Below are positions 1 through 10,831 of a DNA stretch of 64,000 bases, piece by piece (position 1 is the stretch's first letter; every line of letters begins with the position of its first letter). The notes under the pieces were generated by a model that had not been told where the DNA came from, did no database searches, and saw only the letters and a program-made list of their open reading frames with translations. The stretch comes from Fimbriosthenelais zetlandica. Taxonomy: Eukaryota. The translations under genes and the position numbers were made by a program. The DNA is taken from NCBI GenBank assembly GCA_977030845.1, contig OZ365115.1, positions 17,236,001-17,300,000 of the forward strand, written 5' to 3'.

Positions 1-39
1 AAATATAGCCAATGATAAATTCTCTGACATTAACAAATC

Positions 40-1260
40 AATATTCAATTATCAACTAAATATAACCTATGATACTAAATCTAAGTAATTACTTTGCACA
101 TCAAAGTCTCTGCTGTCTAACATTGAATATCAAATAAATATAACATATAATAATAGGTCTACTTCTATATAATAATTACTTTAGAAATCCCAGTTTCCAC
201 TGTCTAAATTTAAACTATGAACTTTAAATTTTGAAACTACAACTCTCTGATATTAATAGAAGGAAGAGAGAAGGTACCGGTAGTGAGAGGGAGATGGAAG
301 GGATATGGGAAGGGGAGAGGGAGAGGGACGGGGGGGCCACCATTTTTGACATTACAATCAGCAATCTAACATCTAGATAAGTGACATTATCTGATATGTG
401 TATCAAACATATTTGAAATAAATAATGTGATCTAATTCTTTTCACGGGGTCAAAAATGGGCTACCTATAAATTAAATATCCATAGAAAATAATATACAAA
501 ATGACATATAACATGTCCTTGTATTCTGCTTCAAGGCTTGTGTAAAATTTGATTTAAATTTTTGGTATTCGAAACCTCACTTATCAAATGAATATCTGTG
601 ATTTGAAACTCATTTCACCAAAAGAAGTTACCTATAATGACATATCTAAATTACCTTGCACATAGAAGTTTCCTTTAAACAAATCTAAAGTAAATATGTA
701 TAATCTATGTTAATTAGCTTCCATAATTATATACAAGTTTCTACTGTCTAACTTTTAACAAATCTCATACATGTATTAAAATTAATAAAGTAAATATAAC
801 CGATGTAAATAATTACTTTGCGCTGTCTAACTATTAACACCAAATTTTAAATTAAATAACCTCTGTGACATAAATCAAATCTTGATTAAATAAATAGTCT
901 ATGATAATTAATCTAAAATAATGATTACTGTGTATGTCAAAGCTACAACTCTCTGACATTAGCTAATTTGATATTAAATAAATATTATAATCTAAATCTA
1001 AAATAAATACTGTGACTGGCAAAGCTTCACTCAATTACGCAATATTCAATTATGAAGTAAAATGTAACCTATAATAATAAACCTAAATTATGAGTTTGCA
1101 CATCAAAGAGTCTGCTGTCTAACTTTGAATATCAAATAAATATAACATAATTATGATAATAGGTATACTTCCTTATAATAATTACTTTGAAAATCCCAGT
1201 TTCCACTGTCTAACTGTCAACATTAAATTCCGAAACTACAACACTCTGATGTTAACAAGA
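40..1260. repeat. Degenerate AT-rich direct repeat, period ~1 kb, with shorter internal sub-repeats
   Basis: 40-261 realigns to ~1041-1260, sharing tttgcacatcaaag, tctgctgtctaac, aatatcaaataaatataacata and aaatcccagtttccactgtctaa. Confidence 0.7.
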
Positions 1261-1524
1261 ATGAATTAAATTTAATCTAAGATAATAATCGCTGACTTCT
1301 TCAGAGCTACATTCTTTGATATTAAAATAATCTGATATTGAATAAATATAATATGGCTGATGAGAATACTACTCAAATGAACTACTGCATTTGATGAGAA
1401 ATTTAGGGACAAAACTACTAATACTAAATAAATACTATTTTCCAGCACCTGTCTTTGACCTGCTCATGAACCGAGTGTTGGCTAACTAAACTGACTAAAT
1501 GCTTGTAACCGTCGGAGACGTTAC

Positions 1525-4500
1525 CTCATTTGGTCGTCTGGTGTTCGGTAGATAAGAAAGCGCATCTCTTCATAATGACCTCAGACCCCCGACCGAGGGC
1601 CGTAAGACAAGCCGCAGTCGCCAGGTCCAGGTTTCTTCACCATTGCTTACAGGAAGTCAACTGGTCACCTGGAAATGTAGAATGAATAAGAACAAATAGA
1701 TTGATAATTTAGCTATATGTTTAGGGTCGACGGATGACAGAATTGCAATGTAAATTAAATGTCCCCGCAACAACATGGAAATCTAATTCTAAACGCTAGT
1801 TGAATTCTAATTTTGAAAATAAAGATTAAGATTGATAAAACCTTGATTTTCCTAAATTCTAAATTACAGTATAATTGATCGATTCTCACGAAACCACCCA
1901 CACCCACCTCTCTAATTCACCCGTTTCTACAGCTATCTCCCTCCCAGAACAGAACTAATGATCTAGTTTTAAGTATGCTATAAATTTTATGAAAAATTTG
2001 GGAGGATAAAAAGTGATGCGCAAGGTTTAAAGTGACACACGTGGTGACACTAAGCATAATAATAATTTTTTGGCCTAATATTAATCAAGGTTTATTATAA
2101 GAAGGCTCACCTTGAATACCGAGTCTCTCTTCAAGCTGTCAATTCTATAAATGAATGGGGTAGGCTCAAGTGAGTAGAGTGCAATAGCCTGAAAAGAAAT
2201 GATAAAGAATATATATGTTAATGTAATATAGGTGACTAAATTCATGAGAGAATTCATAATCCAAATAGGAATTCCGGCAACAGAAAAGTATTCCAAGATT
2301 GTCAAAAATGGCATCGAAATGTAATTCAAATATTTCTGAAGGATGCTCACCATGTTTGTTGTCTGCCTGGAAGCTGAGACTCCACAAAGTGGTTGGCGCC
2401 AGCTAGATGTGAGTGGACAGAGCTGGACATCGATTCTCAAGACTCCATATATAGATTTTGTTGGAAATGTTTCAGTCACGGTCTGAGACGCCCAGACCGA
2501 GGGCCGTAGGACAAGCCGCAGTCCCTGGTCCAGGTTTCTTCACAGTTGCTTACAGGAAGTCAACTGGGCACCTGGAAATATAGAATGAATAAGAACAAAT
2601 AGAGTAATAATTCAGCAAGCTGTTTAGGGTCGATGGAAGATATTATTGCAATGTAAATTATATATATCTCCAAAATCATGTAATTCTAAACTAAAGTTTA
2701 AAGACCAAGCCTAATATCTCCCCTCAAAAATGAAAACCGTGATAATTTCACAGAATGGTAATTACAATGTAAAACCGACTTGAAAAAGGTAGCTCATGTG
2801 CTTATTTTTGGAGCCAGGAGGGCCAAAATAAATTTAATTTTCCTGAAATATTTCCTCACACAGACAGTGATAAATTAGTAGACATTGACAGTGGACTTAT
2901 TAGGGAAAGGTTGACAGTAGAGCAGTAGTTGACAGTGTGAAGGGAGATGAATAGAATATTAAAGGAAGGGAAATGACTTGAACAAGATAGAAGTTATGTT
3001 AATAAAGAAAACTAGACTAAAAATGAAGTTAGTAGAAGGTTATCTTAAAAGTACATGAAAAAGACATTGAATAGAACCAAAAATCACTTATTTCTATGCC
3101 TGCGCTAGCCACTGTGACGAAAATCAAGCAAAATTGATTGATTGCGGGGGAAGAGCGAGAGAAGGGAGGACAAGGAGGAGAGAAAGAAGGGAGGATGGAT
3201 GTAGGACTTATTGGGAGGCAGGCGTATAAAGGAACGGGAGAACACTATTATAGACCAGGCTGTCAGAGAGGAAGGAGGGATTGGGGAGGATGGGAGGAAT
3301 GAAACAAAACTTATAGGTGTAGGAAAATCAATTGATAGAGAATAAGAGGGGGGTTAGAATGGACGCTGGAGGTGTGAGGCGCGTTGGGAGAACACTATGG
3401 GCCAGGCTGTGAGAGAGGGATCGGTGAGGATGTAGGAGGGCGGAAACGAATTTGGATGGTGAATGGTTAGCGCAAGCACAGGACTATAATATATACAAGG
3501 AATACATATACCGAGTTGGATTAGAAAGGAGAAACTTAATATAGAGAAGCAGCACAGAATAATAACCTAAGTTCAATGGAAATTGACTGAACTGAAGAAA
3601 ACTAGATTTAATTATATATAAGGATCTAAAGGAATAGAGGACAAGATAAATGGTACTGAACTGTCCTAACACAAGAACTAATTCGAGATATAGCAAGACA
3701 GTCCCGAACTAAATCTAATCAAATAACCCTACGAAAATGGAGTAGGATGGAATATACTAGATAAATTCTACAAATAAAACTGGGTTATAACTTATATAAT
3801 ACTGGGATAGAAATGGGCCTAACTAAAATTAACTACACTAAACTAAGCAAATACTAACTCCAAATAGACACAAGAAAATCAAGTAGGATTCTAAATCTAC
3901 AACTAAAACTGGATCAAAATCAAAAGAATGAACTAAATAGGAAGGAAGGGAGGCCAATGCTAATCGAATTAAATCCATATGGGTCCACAAAGTAGAATCG
4001 ACGAGGATAGAACACACTAATTAAGTTGAAAGGCACTCTAAAATAAAGATATCTCTACAATATAAGCAAGGGAATAGGGGATAAAATAGCCTATACTCAG
4101 TGAGAAAATGATCTAAATAGATTTTACAGGGACAAATAAATCTAGGAGCTCCAAGAGGAAAAACTATGGTGTTAAAAGGGCCAAGAAAAGGAGGGATAAA
4201 ATACTGAATTAATTCGGAATATTGAGCTCTATATAAAGAGTGCTTCAACTAGCATAGACTGCCCTGAAAGATACGGAACTATAGCTATACTCAAAAATAT
4301 TTTAAAAGCCACAAGACAACGGAGTAGGAAGGAATAATACTAAACTAAGCCTACATTCAATCTAAGATGGAACAGAAATATAATCAAAAGGCTGGACAAA
4401 ACAGATTGATTCCCGGACATATTTTGATATTCCTCATTTAAATACTGAAAGAGGAAACCTTCATAAAAATTATAAAGGTTCCTTCACCAGAAGGCCCTAC

Positions 4501-4902
4501 ACATAGCAATATTGAATCATGACAAACCTTTCACAAAAGGGGAAGGGACGCCACATTGTACACAAACTAGTGTAACTCTTAGACAACATACACAATTCAT
4601 GGTTCAAATTCTCCCACATACATAACATGTAACACAATATAAAACATCAATATACATTCCCTCCAACACGAACTTAGTATTCAACACGAAATTTGTTGAA
4701 AAATCTGCTTAAAAACTTACATTTTCGTGAATATTTCCGTAGGAACTTGAGGGAATTTCTAATCTCAACGCGCTGGCTAGGTTCAGGGCAAGCTAAGGTT
4801 GGCACACCTGAAATCAAGGCAGAGCAGGCGGTGTTCGGATCAATAAGCCAATAATTAGCCCCATGGTCTTAAACCAAGGAAATAGTGTGACTTTGTAAAT
4901 TC
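1525..4902 (-). ncRNA. Putative spliced transcript without a long ORF (candidate exons 4721-4807/4902, 2351-2571, 2111-2188, 1525-1668); lncRNA, micropeptide gene or 5'UTR exons of a gene outside the window
   Basis: Strong pyrimidine-tract acceptors and GTRAG-type donors, all on the minus strand; no expression data. Confidence 0.35.
1591..2660. repeat. Duplicated ~166-bp module (1591-1757 and 2495-2660)
   Basis: Near-identical gaccgagggccgta(a/g)gacaagccgcagtc...ggaaat(g/a)tagaatgaataagaacaaataga...attgcaatgtaaatta, offset 904 bp. Confidence 0.9.
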
Positions 4903-5310
4903 CTATAAAGGAAACGATATCACAAAAAATATTCGGAAAATGTGTTTTCTATCCTTAACATTTTGTATGATAGATTTCGAAGTAATTAGCTGAGAGTGAA
5001 GTTGGTGATAAGGTCCACGGTTTCTGAACACACCCAGACTGACCAGTCGATCCTGATCTGCTAATTATAGTTGGTCGCCGGGAATATATGACAACAAATT
5101 AATAAAATACGAATCAAGGTGTTCACTCACTTCCACCGAATTTTCTATGATCAATGGATTCGATAAAAATCGCGTCAAATTTCATACGACAATTATATGT
5201 ATACTACAACATAAATATGAAACAATATATTAGACCTAATGATATATAGTTTGCATTATATTTCTAACAGACTGGAAAAAGAGGCACTGGGGTGGGTGGT
5301 GAGGGTGCAG

Positions 5311-5560
5311 TTCATTCATTCTTTTTTAGTTAGAATTTGTACAGGGTCTTTTCTATGAGCATTACTACATTGCCTTCTATGCAATGGAAATTTCTAAGTG
5401 CATGTATATATCCTCTAGAACATATTATGTCTACAACAAACCAAAACCCTGAGAAGGGAGGCTTTGGAAATTCCTTGGCCAGCTCGGTGGATTGAACCGC
5501 CGACCCTTTGAGCATTGGTCAACCACCATGTGCGAGCTGGCATTATAACCAACTGAGGCC
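5311..5560 (-). mobile_element. tRNA-derived SINE, copy 1 (full head, internal deletion in the 3' tail)
   Basis: A-box-like ggcctcagttggtta and B-box-like ggttcaatcc; body matches 56583-56844; ends ...attctaactaaaaaagaatgaatgaa. Confidence 0.8.
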
Positions 5561-5621
5561 TTATTTCTCGAGAAAGTAAGATATGTGATATATACAGTGT
5601 ATGTTCATTATATAAATATAA

Positions 5622-8600
5622 ACCCGGATCCAAAACCCACCCTCCTCCCCCAAACAACTAGGCACCAGCAGGGGCCTTAGCATTATTCACCACAATGTGC
5701 GAAGTCTGCTTAATGTACGAGACCAAATCACCCTAGCCTATGAAAACTCCAAAGTAGACATCATCACTATGTCGGAGACATGGCTTAAACCAAGCACCCC
5801 TGACCCCTTAATTACCATGAAAGACTATAATCACTTCAGACAAGATAGGAATCTGGCAAATAGCCCTCATAACAAACGAGGCGGGGGACTTATAACATAT
5901 GTTAGATCTGATTTAAAAGTGGATGCAAAAATCTTCAACCACTTAAATTCCTCATCCCCCGACCTAGAGGCCCTATGGCTATTGATATGCAGAACCAACT
6001 CTAAACCACTTATACTAGTCAATGTATATAGACCACCAAATGGTAACCTTGACACCTGCATTGAATCCCTAGATTCCTCACTAGCCCAGATCCCTGACAT
6101 CCATAAGAAAGAATTATTAATCATTGGAGACTTCAATGTAAACTTTAGACCTCGCTCTTCCCCCACTAAAGCTAAACTCTCAAACTGGGCACACTCTCAT
6201 AACCTCACCCAAAAAATAAATGTCCCTACCAGAAGCACTGGCAAAACACAATCGACCATTGATCTAGCATTCACTAATATGCAGCACATCTCATCCCAGG
6301 GTACATTAGACACCAACATCTCTGATCACCTTCCCATATACATTCTAAAAAAGAAACCCACCACCAAAGTTCCCAAGAAAACTATCATTGGTCGGACATA
6401 CTGCAACTACACCAAAGAAAAACTAGCCCTTAACCTCTCTTATATTGACACTACTATTATCCTAAACTCGAAAGATCCCAATAAATGTTGGGACCTACTA
6501 TTCAAAACCATGCTAGACCAAGCCAATGTCCTTTGCCCAATGAAAACCCATCATATCCCTGATTCCAACCCCCCCTGGCTTACACCTGATCTCATTGATA
6601 TACTCAAAGACCGAGATCACTTCATCACCAAAGCAAAAAAATCAAAAAACCCTGACCACTGGGACCTAGCAAAAGCCCTCAGAAACAGAGCCAAAAATGC
6701 TGTCATCCGGACAAGATCCAACTTCTTTAAAACATTTGTCCAAAATAACAAAAGTGATCCCAAAAAATTCTGGCGTGAATTAAACGGCCTCCTAGGGAAA
6801 ACTAAAACCCATCTAAACTTCTCACTAACAGATGAAAATGGCACTGAAATCCCTATAGAAGACACATCCAGACACATAAACGAGTTCTTTGCCAATATTG
6901 GCCCCTCATTAGCCAATAAAATAAACTCGACCCCCTACACACCCCCAATAAATAAACACTTCAACCCTGAGTTTCACCTCCCACTATCCCTAGGTATCAT
7001 AACTGCAAAGGATGTCGAGAAGGAAGTACAAAAATTGTCTAGTTCTAAATCCTCAGGCATACCTGAACTCCCAGCTAGATTCCTGAAAGATGCACTCATG
7101 TGCCTCATCCCAGAGCTAACACACCTAATAAACCTCTCAATAACATCTGGATCATTTCCTGATTCCTGGAAAAAAGCAATCATTACCCCACTCCCCAAAG
7201 TCAATACCCCCACTTCCCCATCTGATCTCCGACCAATATCACTCCTCCCAACGCCAGGAAAAATCCTAGAGAGATTTATCCATAAGCAAACCTCTGCCCA
7301 TCTCGAATCAATTGAATACCTACACACGAAGCAGCATGGTTTCAGGAAAAAGCGGTCCACACACCAAGCCCTCTGTGACCTCCTAGATGACCTCAGCTCA
7401 GACCTAGATAAGTCCCATCTCCCAACTGCTGTTTTCATTGACTTCAAAAAGGCCTTCGATACCCTTGATCACTCCATACTAATGAGCAAAATCTCCGACC
7501 TTGGCCTTGACCCCCTCTCCCAAAAATGGTTCTCAAGCTACCTCCAAAACAGAAGCTCCCAAGTCCGCCACCTAGACACTCTCTCTCCACCTTTACCCAT
7601 TAAAACTGGTGTCCCACAGGGATCTATTTTAGGCCCACTGTTATTCCTGATATACATTAATGACCTCCCCAAACATCTCTCTACTGTCTCTGTCCAGCTG
7701 TATGCAGATGACACTGTTCTCTACTTTGCTGACACAAACAGAGCCTCCACACACAAAACATTACAAACAGCCCTGAATGAACTCTCCTCATACTGTGACA
7801 TGAACAAGCTCACAATTAATGCTGATAAATCCAAAACTCTACCCTTACAAAAACCCAAAAGCAGCCACCCCCCATCCCCACCCCTAGAGCTCAAAGGGAA
7901 GCCCCTCGAAACTGTCACAAACTATAAGTACCTTGGCACTATACTAGACCACAAACTCACATGTTCTAACCAGGTCCAATCCACTATCACTTCTTTAAAC
8001 TGTAAACTAGCTACACTCGCCAGAATCCGCCCTATCATTGACAGAAACACGGCTATTACCATTTACAAAAGTACCATTCTACCGATCCTCGACTATAACT
8101 GTGCATATTACAACTATGCAACCTCAGCCAATCTCCACAAACTTGACCGCATACAAAACAGGGCGATCCGGATAGCCACATACACACCCAAACACGCAAG
8201 CATAACAAACTCTATGTCAAGTCTTAACATTGCCCCCCTAGCCACCCGCCGGAACTACCTCACCCTGACAGTAATGCACAAAAGAATTACACAACAAATT
8301 GCCCAAAAAACACATCCAGAACACACAGTCAGACAAACTAGACAGACATCAAAACACAACCTCCCAATCCCCCACCCAAAGACTGAGCTCATGAAAAAAG
8401 CACCATGCTTCAATGCAGCCACACTGTGGAACTCACTTCCAGAAGATATAAAGGCCAACGCTGACCCCAGCTCCTTCAAAAGGGCCCTTAAATCCCACCT
8501 TGGTCTAACCACAAAACAGACAAATGTCTAACCCATTCCCAGCCTGTAGCCGAGTCCAGCCCCAAGCTCCCCACATCACCGCCCCCCCCCCCCCACCCCC

Positions 8601-9056
8601 GGGACGTCGATAACTTTCGAGAGTGCCCGCCCCCCCCCCCCCAACCACCTACACACGCCCCTCACCTCTCCCGGCTACCTCACCCCACACAGGCCACACA
8701 CAAGCCACACACCACCACTTTCATACATACACCCACAAACATAACACGACAAAAACTAACAAACCTTGGCCGTGCTTAGCTTTGTTTAACTTTAACTTTG
8801 TTTAACTGTGTATTGATTGTTTTAATTCTTAAATCAATATTCATTGTATTCTAAGACATTCCATGTGTCTAGACCTTTATTATCTATCCTTTATGTCTCA
8901 CAAATCTACCTATTTGCACCCTTTTACAATTAGATTAGCACTGCACCACACAGCACTAGGCTGAAAATCACGACCGGTAGTTTTAATGTCTGCTACGTGA
9001 GCCTATTCACTTCGCTGTATAAATATTCTGAATAAAAAAAAAAAAAAAAAAAAAAA
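5622..9056 (+). mobile_element. CR1/L2-type non-LTR retrotransposon, 5'-truncated (no ORF1), intact ORF2, C-rich 3'UTR, poly(A) ~9034-9056
   Basis: Frame open from 5622 to 8531; 3' stem-loop at 8957-9005; poly(A) tail; no clear TSD. Confidence 0.93.
5697..8531 (+). CDS. LINE ORF2: APE endonuclease + reverse transcriptase (944 aa)
   Basis: EN motifs NVRSL, SETWL, GGG, VYRPP, GDFN, IDL, SDH; RT motifs LRPISLL, QHGFRK, FIDFKKAFD, GVPQGSILGPLLF, YADD, YKYLG; C-terminal LWNSLP..FK. Confidence 0.96.
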   Translation: MRSLLNVRDQITLAYENSKVDIITMSETWLKPSTPDPLITMKDYNHFRQDRNLANSPHNKRGGGLITYVRSDLKVDAKIFNHLNSSSPDLEALWLLICRTNSKPLILVNVYRPPNGNLDTCIESLDSSLAQIPDIHKKELLIIGDFNVNFRPRSSPTKAKLSNWAHSHNLTQKINVPTRSTGKTQSTIDLAFTNMQHISSQGTLDTNISDHLPIYILKKKPTTKVPKKTIIGRTYCNYTKEKLALNLSYIDTTIILNSKDPNKCWDLLFKTMLDQANVLCPMKTHHIPDSNPPWLTPDLIDILKDRDHFITKAKKSKNPDHWDLAKALRNRAKNAVIRTRSNFFKTFVQNNKSDPKKFWRELNGLLGKTKTHLNFSLTDENGTEIPIEDTSRHINEFFANIGPSLANKINSTPYTPPINKHFNPEFHLPLSLGIITAKDVEKEVQKLSSSKSSGIPELPARFLKDALMCLIPELTHLINLSITSGSFPDSWKKAIITPLPKVNTPTSPSDLRPISLLPTPGKILERFIHKQTSAHLESIEYLHTKQHGFRKKRSTHQALCDLLDDLSSDLDKSHLPTAVFIDFKKAFDTLDHSILMSKISDLGLDPLSQKWFSSYLQNRSSQVRHLDTLSPPLPIKTGVPQGSILGPLLFLIYINDLPKHLSTVSVQLYADDTVLYFADTNRASTHKTLQTALNELSSYCDMNKLTINADKSKTLPLQKPKSSHPPSPPLELKGKPLETVTNYKYLGTILDHKLTCSNQVQSTITSLNCKLATLARIRPIIDRNTAITIYKSTILPILDYNCAYYNYATSANLHKLDRIQNRAIRIATYTPKHASITNSMSSLNIAPLATRRNYLTLTVMHKRITQQIAQKTHPEHTVRQTRQTSKHNLPIPHPKTELMKKAPCFNAATLWNSLPEDIKANADPSSFKRALKSHLGLTTKQTNV

Positions 9057-10628
9057 TATAGTGTGAGGAGGATGCACTATCGCCTCGTCCCACCACTAGG
9101 TGGAAGCTCAGTGCCACTGCTGGTCACCTGACCTAACTGACCAGTCTCGGTCATTCCACCTCTCACACCACACCTGTCAATTTTTTTTCCAAAATATGTA
9201 AATGAGAAAGTAAGATACAGGATTTGAAAATACTTCATGAGAGTTGACTGGATTTCCTCTCGCAGAAATTCTATGTGGACAACCTCCACATACGAAACAA
9301 GGCAGATATTTATTTTTTTACCTTTTTTCGTAGGCATTGAAAGTGGGGTGAGGGGGATTTAGATGGGTCCTGATATATTCTTTAATTGGTATGTTTGGAA
9401 AGGGAATTCCACAGAGAGTCATGGGAGTTATGAGTAAAGGGCACACCGTAGTTAATACATTATACTTCCATATACACAGTCATGTATTATACAAATCGAA
9501 GTCGCAAGTTTCATACTGTTTATTTCATCAAAGAAATGTTATTTACAATATTATTAGGCTTTTCATCGATTCATTGAAATTATGTAGCATGCTTAAGATA
9601 AGAATATACCGGTAATCATGAAAATTAATAATGTTTCAATGGACTTAATATTATCTGAGATGACACTTTTAATAGCCTTTTAAATTTTTTTATTTACATA
9701 TGTCTTTTGACATGTCCTTTAACTGCCTTTATATCATCATTAAATTTTGTACTGCTTACAATTTGCTAAGGATCATTCTTACGGTACACAGTACAACCCC
9801 GATAGGCTGATCTCTCATACTACTATTCACGTTTGCCTGACATTTTCAGCAAACCTTCAAAACCTAATCAAAGTTTTAGTTTCACTGATGCCTCCTAGAC
9901 ATCATCTTGAGTGCGCAATAAATTTATATAATAATATAATGTGCGGGTGATAGCATGTTTAATTGACATTTCTTTGTTAGAGTTTGAGATCACAAAACCA
10001 CGTAAAGAGTGATTTATTTAATTTACTACATTACAGAGCAACGATGGATAGGTAAGGGGACAGTACTGGGAATTAATTACATTTTATGTACAAATATCTG
10101 AGCATGTAAAAGTGATCCTTAGCAAAACGGTGAAATATACTGTAAATATCTGGTAAATAATCATTGGGTTTGGCCCCTTGTTATATAGTCATTCCAAAAT
10201 AGTCCTGGGGTTGTCTGCAAGAACATAATTATGTGAACCAATTGCATAATATATATGATAATAAAGACCGCAATGTGAGAAGAAGAATAATATGTAATAT
10301 ACATAGACTTGAAGATTAAGAATACATATAAGGAACTCCTCACAAAACTTTCAGTTCAGCACCATCTTTCCTGAATCCAACTTCAGTAAGGGCATAAAAT
10401 ATTAAAAGGGCACACACCTAAAACCTACTAGCCTGAAGGTACCAAAGCTATCCAATACACAATCGATATATTTAAGCCACTATAGTGATGTATCAAAGTG
10501 ATATGTGATGCTCACAAATAAATTTATAATCTCGCAGCGACTCCAAAGTGTAACAATCACAACTGCATTGACTTCAGCAGCGAGCATGCGTCCAAGATAT
10601 TGATCAGCGCCACACCAGCAGACACTAA

Positions 10629-10831
10629 AGGCGGTACTCCACTGCTGCGATTTTGCTTGCGACACCACTGCGAGAATGGTGATGCTAGTGTAAGAATAAA
10701 ATTCGTAAATTGTGGTCCAAGTGTCCAAGGCATTAAGACCATCTACCAATGGCAAATTTGTCATTGAAACACAAGCATCACCTTTGTTCCAGAGGTGACG
10801 CAAGGAAAATCGCAGCAGTGGAGTACAGGCT
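10629..10831. mobile_element. MITE, PIF/Harbinger-like
   Basis: ~33-bp TIRs aggcggtactccactgctgcgattttgcttgcg / cgcaaggaaaatcgcagcagtggagtacaggct, with TAA on both sides. Confidence 0.8.

Noticed and set aside
2081-2479. 132-aa hydrophobic ORF
   Set aside because: GTG start, spans predicted introns, and the hydrophobicity is explained by the T-rich strand
5480-5560. tRNA gene
   Set aside because: A and B boxes are present, but there is no proper cloverleaf and it is continuous with a dispersed SINE body
5867-8512. Several minus-strand ORFs of 65-157 aa
   Set aside because: Antisense shadows of the LINE ORF2
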